64,000 bases of DNA from Eledone cirrhosa (Eukaryota). Under the pieces are notes generated by a model. That model did no database searches, was not told the DNA's origin, and worked only from the letters and a program-made list of their open reading frames with translations. Location of the stretch: NCBI GenBank assembly GCA_964016885.1, contig OZ024747.1, positions 74,276,001 to 74,340,000 on the forward strand, given 5' to 3'. Both the position numbers and the translations under genes were made by a program. Below are positions 55,705 to 64,000 of this stretch, piece after piece. Every line of letters begins with the position of its first letter. The stretch's first letter is position 1.

Positions 55705-58292
55705 CATACCACCACACTATACTACAGCCAGCTCTACCACTAGCATAGACCACCACACTTTACTACAGCCAGCTCTACCACTAGCATAGACCACCACACT
55801 ATATTACAGCCAGCTCTACCACTATCATAGACCACCACACTATACTACAGCCAGCTCTACCACTAGCATAGACCACCACACTTTACTACAGCCAGCTCTA
55901 CCACTAGCATAGACCACCACACTATACTACAGCCAGCTCTACCACTATCATAGACCACCACACTATACTACAGCCAGCTCTACCACTATCATAGACCACC
56001 ACACTATACTACAGCCAGCTCTACCACTATCATAGACCACCACACTATACTACAGCCAGCTCTACAACTAGCATAGACCACCACACTATACTACAGCCAG
56101 CTCTACCACTATCATAGACCACCACACTATACTACAGCCAGCTCTACAACTAGCATAGACCACCACACTATACTACAGCCAGCTCTACCACTATCATAGA
56201 CCACCACACTATACTACAGCCAGCTCTACCACTATCATTGACCACCACACTATACTACAGCCAGCTCTACCACTATCATAGACCACCACACTATACTATA
56301 GCCAGTTTTACCACTATCATTGACTACCACACTACACTATAGCCATCTCTACCACTATCAGAGACCACCACACTACACTATAGCCAGTTCTACAACTATC
56401 ATAGACCACCACACTATACTATAGCCAGTTCTACCACTATCATAGACCACCACACTACACTATAGCCAGTTCTACAACTATCATAGACCACCACACAACA
56501 CTATAGCCAACTCTACCACTATCATAGACTACCACACTACACTATAGCCAACTATACCACTATCAGAGACCACCACACTACACTATAGCCAGTTCTACAA
56601 CTATAATAGACCACCACACTACACTATAGCCAACTCTACCACTATAACAGACCACCACACTATACTATAGCCAGTTCTACAACTATCATAGACCACCACA
56701 CTATACTATAGCCAGTTCTACAACTATCATAGACCACCACACTACACTATAGCCAGCTCTACCACTATCATAGACCACCATACTATACTATAGCCAACTC
56801 TACACTATGAGAGACCACCACACTACACTATAGCCAGTTCTACCACTATCAGAGACCACCACACTACACTATAGCCAGTTCTACAACTATCATAGACCAC
56901 CACACTACACTATAGCCAGCTCTACCACTATCATAGACCACCACACTACACTATAGCCAACTCTACCACTATCAGAGACCACCACACTATAATATAGCCA
57001 GTTCTACCACTATCATAGACCACCACACTATACTATAGCCAGCTCTACCACTATCATAGACCACCACACTACACTATAGCCAGTTCTACCACTATCATAG
57101 ACCACCACACTGCACTATAGCGAGTTCTACCACTATCAGAGACCACCACACTACACTATAGCCAGCTCTACCACTATCATAGACCACCACACTACACTAT
57201 AGCCAACTCTACCACTATCAGAGACCACCACACTATAATATAGCCAGTTCTACCACTATCATAGACCATCACACTATACTATAGCCAGCTCTACCACTAT
57301 CATAGACCACCACACTACACCATAGCCAGTTCTACCACTATCATAGACCACCACACTGCACTATAGCCAGTTCTACCACTATCATAGACCACCACACTAT
57401 ACTATAGCCAGCTCTACCACTATCATAGACCACCACACTACACTATAGCCAACTCTACCACTATCAGAGACCACCACACTACACTATAGCCAACTCTACC
57501 ACTATCAGAGACCACCACACTATAATATAGCCAGTTCTACCACTATCATAGACCATCACACTATACTATAGCCAGCTCTACCACTATCATAGACCACCAC
57601 ACTGCACTATAGCCAGTTCTACCACTATCATAGACCACCACACTATACTATAGCCAGCTCTTCCACTATCATAGACCACCACACTACACTATAGCCAACT
57701 CTACCACTATCAGAGACCACCACACTACACTATAGCCAACTCTACACTATCAGAGACTACCACACTATACTATAGCCAGCTCTACCACTATCAGAGACTA
57801 CCACACTATACTATAGCCAGCTCTACCACTATCATAGACCACCACAGTATACTATAGCCAACTCTACCACTATCAGAGACCACCACACTATAATATAGCC
57901 AGTTCTACCACTATCATAGACCACCACACTATACTATAGCCAGCTCTACCACTATCATAGACCACCACACTACACTATAGCCAGCTTTACCACTATCATA
58001 GACCACCACAGTATGCTATAGCCAACTCTACCACTATCATAGACCACCACACTACGCTATAGCCAACTCTACCACTATCATAGACCACCACACTATACTA
58101 TAGCCAGTTCTACCACTATCATAGACCACCACAGTATGCTATAGCCAACTCTACCACTATCATAGACCACCACACTACACTATAGCCAACTCTACCACTA
58201 TCATAGACCACCACACTACACTATAGCCAACTCTACCACTATCATAGACCACCACACTATACTATAGCCAACTCTACCACTATCATAGACCA
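55705..58292. repeat. 41-bp minisatellite ACCACTATCATAGACCACCACACTATACTA(C/T)AGCCAGCTCT, about 63 units
   Basis: Direct. Confidence 0.95.
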
Positions 58293-58329
58293 CAACTACC
58301 ACTGTTGCCTTCATATGCTAAGATGTTAC

Positions 58330-58630
58330 ACTATAATACAACCAACACTACACTACATTACACCAGTATATACTACACCACACCACACTACACCACACTA
58401 CATCACACCATATCACACTACATCACACCACATCACACCACATCACACTACATCACACCACATCACACTACACCACACCACACATCACACCACACTACAC
58501 CACACTACACCACACTACACCACACTACACCACACCACACTTCACTACACTACACCAGTCTATACTACACCACACTACATCACACCACACTTCACTACAC
58601 TACACCACTCTATACTACAACCAACACTAT
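58330..58630. repeat. Pentanucleotide repeat (CACTA/CACCA/CATCA)n
   Basis: Direct. Confidence 0.9.
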
Positions 58631-58835
58631 AACACCAGCACCACCACAGGAAGCCTGTACTGTTGTTTGAACAAAGAACAAGGTGTAATAATCAATATAT
58701 AACTTCAGTTTGGCAGTCTGCCAGACTCTCTCTCTCTCTCCTTCTGTCTGTCTCTACCCCTCTCTCTCTCTCCCTCTCTCTCCCTCTCTCTCTCCCTCTG
58801 TCTGCCCCCCCCTCTCTAACTCTCTCTCTCTATCC

Positions 58836-58883
<48 letters not shown>

Positions 58884-59017
58884 CTTAGACTCTCCCGCTC
58901 ATCCCGCCTCTTCTTTTCGTTTCTCTTTCCCTCAAACTCAACCTTTCTACCAAACATCCCTCCTCTCTCTCTGTATGTATTCTTCAATCTCTTTCTCCCC
59001 CTCTCTCTCTCTCTCAC

Positions 59018-59063
<46 letters not shown>

Positions 59064-59077
59064 CAAACAAGCATTCC

Positions 59078-59111
<34 letters not shown>

Positions 59112-59277
59112 TATATAGACACATATATACATATGTACCCAGGTTCAGAGAGACAGGAGACAGGAAGTAAAAGATATGTGTATGTGTGCGTGTGTGTGTG
59201 TGTGTGTGTGAGTGTGTGTGTGTGCTGTACTTTAGTCGATGTGTAAGTGTGACAGTATATATATATATATATGTGTG

Positions 59278-62200
59278 ATGTGGGACTGTATCTGCAGGTT
59301 TTTGTGTACGTTTGTTGGTGTGAACGTGTTTATAAATGCCACTACCACCACCACTGCCACTACGGTAACCACTACCACCACCACTGCCACTACAACCGCT
59401 ACTGTAACCACTACCACCACCACTGCCACTACAACCACTACTGTAACCACTACCACCACCACTGCCACTACAACCACTACTGTAACCACTACCACCACTA
59501 CTGTCACTACAACCGCTACTGTAACCACTACAACCACCACTGCCACTACAACCACTACCGTAACCACTACCACCACCACTGCCACTACAACCACTATTGC
59601 TACCACTACCACCACCACTGCCACTACAACCACTACTGTAACCACTACCACCACCACTGCCACTACAACCGCTACTGTAACCACTACCACCACCACTGCC
59701 ACTACAACCGCTACTGTAACCACTACCACCACCACTGCCACTACAACCACTACTGTAACCACTACCACCACCACTGCCACTACAACCACTATTGCTACCA
59801 CTACAACCACCACTGCCACTACAACCGCTACTGTAACCACTACCACCACCACTGCCACTACAACCACTACTGTAACCACTACCACCACCACTGCCACTAC
59901 AACCACTACTGTAACCACTACCACCACCACTGCCACTACAACCACTATTGCTACCGCTACCACCACCACTGCCACTACAACCACTACTGTAACCACTACC
60001 ACCACCACTGCCACTACAACAACTACTGTAACCACTACCACCACCACTGCCACTACAACCACTATTGCTACCACTACAACCACCACTGCCACTACAACCG
60101 CTACTGTAACCACTACCACCACCACTGCCACTACAACCACTACTGTAACCACTACCACCACCACTGCCACTACAACCACTACTGTAACCACTACCACCAC
60201 CACTGCCACTACAACCGCTACTGTAACCACTACCACCACCACTGCCACTACAACCGCTACTGTAACCACTACCACCACCACTGCCACTACAACCACTATT
60301 GCTACCACTACAACCACCACTGCCACTACAACCACTACTGTAACCACCACAACCACCACTGCCACTACAACCACTACTGTAACCACTACATCCACCACTG
60401 CCACTACAACCACTACTGTAACCACTACCACCTCTACTGCCACTACAACCACTACTGTAACCACTACCACCACCACTGCCACTACAACCGCTACTGTAAC
60501 CACTACAACCACCACTGCCACTACAACCACTACTGTAACCACTACAACCACCACTGCCACTACAACCACTACTGTAACCACTACCACCACCACCGCCACT
60601 ACAACCACTACTATAACCACTACAACCACCACTGCCACTACAACCACTACTGTAACCACTACCACCACTACTGCCACTACAACCACTACTGTAACCACTA
60701 CAACCAACACTGCCACTACAACCACTACTGTAACCACTACCACCACCACTGCCACTACAACCGCTACTGTAACCACTACCACCACCACTGCCACTACAAC
60801 CGCTACTGTAACCACTACCACCACCACTGCCACTACAACAACTACTGTAACCACTACCACCACCACTGCCACTACAACAACTACTGTAACCACTACCACC
60901 ACCACTGCCACTACAACCACTATTGCTACCACTACAACCACCACTGCCATTACAACCACTACCGTAACCACTACCACCACCACTGCCACTACAACCGCTA
61001 CTGTAACCACTACCACCACCACTGCCACTACAACCACTACTGTAACCACTACCACCACCACTGCCACTACAACCACTACTGTAACCACTACCACCACCAC
61101 TGCCACTACAACCACTATTGCTACCACTACCACCACCACTGCCACTACAACCACTACTGTAACCACTACCACCACCACTGCCACTACAACCACTACTGTA
61201 ACCACTACCACCACCACTGCCACTACAACCACTATTGCTACCACTACAACCACCACTGCCACTACAACCACTACTGTAACCACTACCACCACCACTGCCA
61301 CTACAACCACTACTGTAACCACTACCACCACCACTGCCACTACAACCACTATTGCTACCACTACCACCACCACTGCCACTACAACCACTACTGTAACCAC
61401 TACCACCACCACTGCCACTACAACCACTACTGTAACCACTACCACCACCACTGCCACTACAACCACTATTGCTACCACTACCACCACCACTGCCACTACA
61501 ACCACTACTGTAACCACTACCACCACCACTGCCACTACAACCACTACTGTAACCACTACCACCACCACTGCCACTACAACCACTATTGCTACCACTACCT
61601 CCACCACTGCCACTACAACCACTATTGCTACCACTACAACCACCACTGCCACTACAACCACTATTGCTACCACTACCTCCACCACTGCCACTACAACCAC
61701 TATTGCTACCACTACAACCACCACTGCCACTACAACCACTATTGCTACCACTACCACCACCACTGCCACTACAACCGCTACTGTAACCACTACCACCACC
61801 ACTGCCACTACAACCACTATTGCTACCACTACCACCACCACTGCCACTACGGCCACTACTGTAACCACTACCACCACCACTGCCACTACAACCACTACTG
61901 TAACCACTACCACCACCACTGCCACTACAACCACTACTGTAACCACTACCACCACCACTGCCACTACAACCACTATTGCTACCACTACCTCCACCATTGC
62001 CACTACAACCGCTACTGTAACCACTACCACCACCACTGCCACTACAACCGCTACTGTAACCACTACCACCACCACTGCCACTACAACCACTATTGCTACC
62101 ACTACAACCACCACTGCCACTACAACCACTACTGTAACCACTACCACCTCTACTGCCACTACAACCACTACTGTAACGACTACCACCACCACTGCCACTA

Positions 62201-64000
62201 CAACCACTACTGTAACCACTACCACCACCACTGCCACTACAACCGCTACTGTAACCACTACAACCACCACTGCCACTACAACCACTACTGTAACCACTAC
62301 AACCACCACTGCCACTACAACCGCTACTGTAACCACTACCACCACCACTGCCACTACAACCACTACTGTAACCACTACAACCACCACTGCCACTACAACC
62401 ACTACTGTAACCACTACCACCACCACCGCCACTACAACCACTACTGTAACCACTACCACCACCACTGCCACTACAACCGCTACTGTAACCACTACCACCA
62501 CCACTGCCACTACAACCGCTACTGTAACCACTACCACCACCACTGCCACTACAACCGCTACTGTAACCACTACCACCACCACTGCCACTACAACCACTAC
62601 TGTAACCACTACAACCACCACTGCCACTACAACCACTACTGTAACCACTACCACCACCACCGCCACTACAACCACTACTGTAACCACTACCACCACCACT
62701 GCCACTACAACCGCTACTGTAACCACTACCACCACCACTGCCACTACAACCACTACTGTAACCACTACCACCACCACTGCCACTACAACCGCTACTGTAA
62801 CCACTACCACCACCACTGCCACTACAACCGCTACTGTAACCACTACCACCTCTACTGCCACTACAACCACTATTGCTACCACTACAACCACCACTGCCAC
62901 TACAACCACTACTGTAACCACTACCACCACCACTGCCACTACAACCACTATTGCTACCACTACCACCACCACTGCCACTACAACCACTACTGTAACCACT
63001 ACAACCACCACTGCCACTACAACCGCTACTGTAACCACTACAACCACCACTGCCACTACAACCACTACTGTAACCATTACCACCACCACTGCCACTACAA
63101 CCACTACTGTAACCACTACCACCACCACTGCCACTACAACCACTATTGCTACCACTACAACCACCACTGCCACTACAACCACTACTGTAACCACTACCAC
63201 CACCACTGCCACTACAACCGCTACTGTAACCACTACCACCACCACTGCCACTACAACCGCTACTGTAACCACTACCACCACCACTGCCACTACAACCGCT
63301 ACTGTAACCACTACCACCACCACTGCCACTACAACCACTACTGTAACCACTACAACCACCACTGCCACTACAACCACTACTGTAACCACTACCACCACCA
63401 CCGCCACTACAACCACTACTGTAACCACTACCACCACCACTGCCACTACAACCGCTACTGTAACCACTACCACCACCACTGCCACTACAACCACTACTGT
63501 AACCACTACCACCACCACTGCCACTACAACCGCTACTGTAACCACTACCACCACCACTGCCACTACAACCGCTACTGTAACCACTACCACCTCTACTGCC
63601 ACTACAACCACTATTGCTACCACTACAACCACCACTGCCACTACAACCACTACTGTAACCACTACCACCACCACTGCCACTACAACCACTATTGCTACCA
63701 CTACCACCACCACTGCCACTACAACCACTACTGTAACCACTACAACCACCACTGCCACTACAACCGCTACTGTAACCACTACAACCACCACTGCCACTAC
63801 AACCACTACTGTAACCATTACCACCACCACTGCCACTACAACCACTACTGTAACCACTACCACCACCACTGCCACTACAACCACTATTGCTACCACTACA
63901 ACCACCACTGCCACTACAACCACTACTGTAACCACTACCACCACCACTGCCACTACAACCACTACTGTAACCATTACCACCACCACTGCCACTACAACCA
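59278..64000 (+). CDS. Candidate secreted Thr-rich mucin-like protein (partial, no stop in window)
   Basis: ATG at 59278 gives MWDCICRFLCTFVGVNVFINA in frame with (VTTTTTTATTTTT)n; no stop or frameshift seen. Confidence 0.4.
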   Translation, partial: MWDCICRFLCTFVGVNVFINATTTTTATTVTTTTTTATTTATVTTTTTTATTTTTVTTTTTTATTTTTVTTTTTTVTTTATVTTTTTTATTTTTVTTTTTTATTTTIATTTTTTATTTTTVTTTTTTATTTATVTTTTTTATTTATVTTTTTTATTTTTVTTTTTTATTTTIATTTTTTATTTATVTTTTTTATTTTTVTTTTTTATTTTTVTTTTTTATTTTIATATTTTATTTTTVTTTTTTATTTTTVTTTTTTATTTTIATTTTTTATTTATVTTTTTTATTTTTVTTTTTTATTTTTVTTTTTTATTTATVTTTTTTATTTATVTTTTTTATTTTIATTTTTTATTTTTVTTTTTTATTTTTVTTTSTTATTTTTVTTTTSTATTTTTVTTTTTTATTTATVTTTTTTATTTTTVTTTTTTATTTTTVTTTTTTATTTTTITTTTTTATTTTTVTTTTTTATTTTTVTTTTNTATTTTTVTTTTTTATTTATVTTTTTTATTTATVTTTTTTATTTTTVTTTTTTATTTTTVTTTTTTATTTTIATTTTTTAITTTTVTTTTTTATTTATVTTTTTTATTTTTVTTTTTTATTTTTVTTTTTTATTTTIATTTTTTATTTTTVTTTTTTATTTTTVTTTTTTATTTTIATTTTTTATTTTTVTTTTTTATTTTTVTTTTTTATTTTIATTTTTTATTTTTVTTTTTTATTTTTVTTTTTTATTTTIATTTTTTATTTTTVTTTTTTATTTTTVTTTTTTATTTTIATTTSTTATTTTIATTTTTTATTTTIATTTSTTATTTTIATTTTTTATTTTIATTTTTTATTTATVTTTTTTATTTTIATTTTTTATTATTVTTTTTTATTTTTVTTTTTTATTTTTVTTTTTTATTTTIATTTSTIATTTATVTTTTTTATTTATVTTTTTTATTTTIATTTTTTATTTTTVTTTTSTATTTTTVTTTTTTATTTTTVTTTTTTATTTATVTTTTTTATTTTTVTTTTTTATTTATVTTTTTTATTTTTVTTTTTTATTTTTVTTTTTTATTTTTVTTTTTTATTTATVTTTTTTATTTATVTTTTTTATTTATVTTTTTTATTTTTVTTTTTTATTTTTVTTTTTTATTTTTVTTTTTTATTTATVTTTTTTATTTTTVTTTTTTATTTATVTTTTTTATTTATVTTTTSTATTTTIATTTTTTATTTTTVTTTTTTATTTTIATTTTTTATTTTTVTTTTTTATTTATVTTTTTTATTTTTVTITTTTATTTTTVTTTTTTATTTTIATTTTTTATTTTTVTTTTTTATTTATVTTTTTTATTTATVTTTTTTATTTATVTTTTTTATTTTTVTTTTTTATTTTTVTTTTTTATTTTTVTTTTTTATTTATVTTTTTTATTTTTVTTTTTTATTTATVTTTTTTATTTATVTTTTSTATTTTIATTTTTTATTTTTVTTTTTTATTTTIATTTTTTATTTTTVTTTTTTATTTATVTTTTTTATTTTTVTITTTTATTTTTVTTTTTTATTTTIATTTTTTATTTTTVTTTTTTATTTTTVTITTTTATTT
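59338..64000. repeat. 39-bp tandem array GTAACCACTACCACCACCACTGCCACTACAACCACTACT, about 119 units, runs off the window
   Basis: Direct. Confidence 0.97.

Noticed and set aside
55705-58292. CRISPR-like array
   Set aside because: No unique spacers, no cas genes, eukaryotic context
59232-63992. 1586-aa poly-Val ORF on the - strand
   Set aside because: Antisense shadow of the Thr-codon repeat; implausible protein

Overview
AT-rich, microsatellite-dense animal genomic DNA. The tRNA-derived Nin/Deu-domain and CORE-type SINEs and the LINE set resemble those of octopus (inference). No securely identifiable host gene is present; most listed ORFs are microsatellite artefacts. The window is a dense record of retroelement activity. 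It holds four coding Penelope-like element (PLE) copies of different families, one near full length. It has eight hammerhead-ribozyme (HHR) motifs or remnants in PLE terminal repeats, many inserted as fold-back pairs in (TA)n. An RTE LINE inserted into a PLE GIY-YIG domain shows a 10-bp TSD, a twin-priming inversion and a captured ~195-bp copy of nearby DNA. Also present are bipartite non-autonomous RTE elements, R4/Dong and L1/Tx1 fragments, a Merlin deletion derivative, a MITE-like palindrome and four large tandem arrays. The last array (39-bp unit) lies in an open + strand frame of over 1570 codons that starts with a 21-aa signal-peptide-like leader. This candidate Thr-rich mucin was missed by the ORF track.
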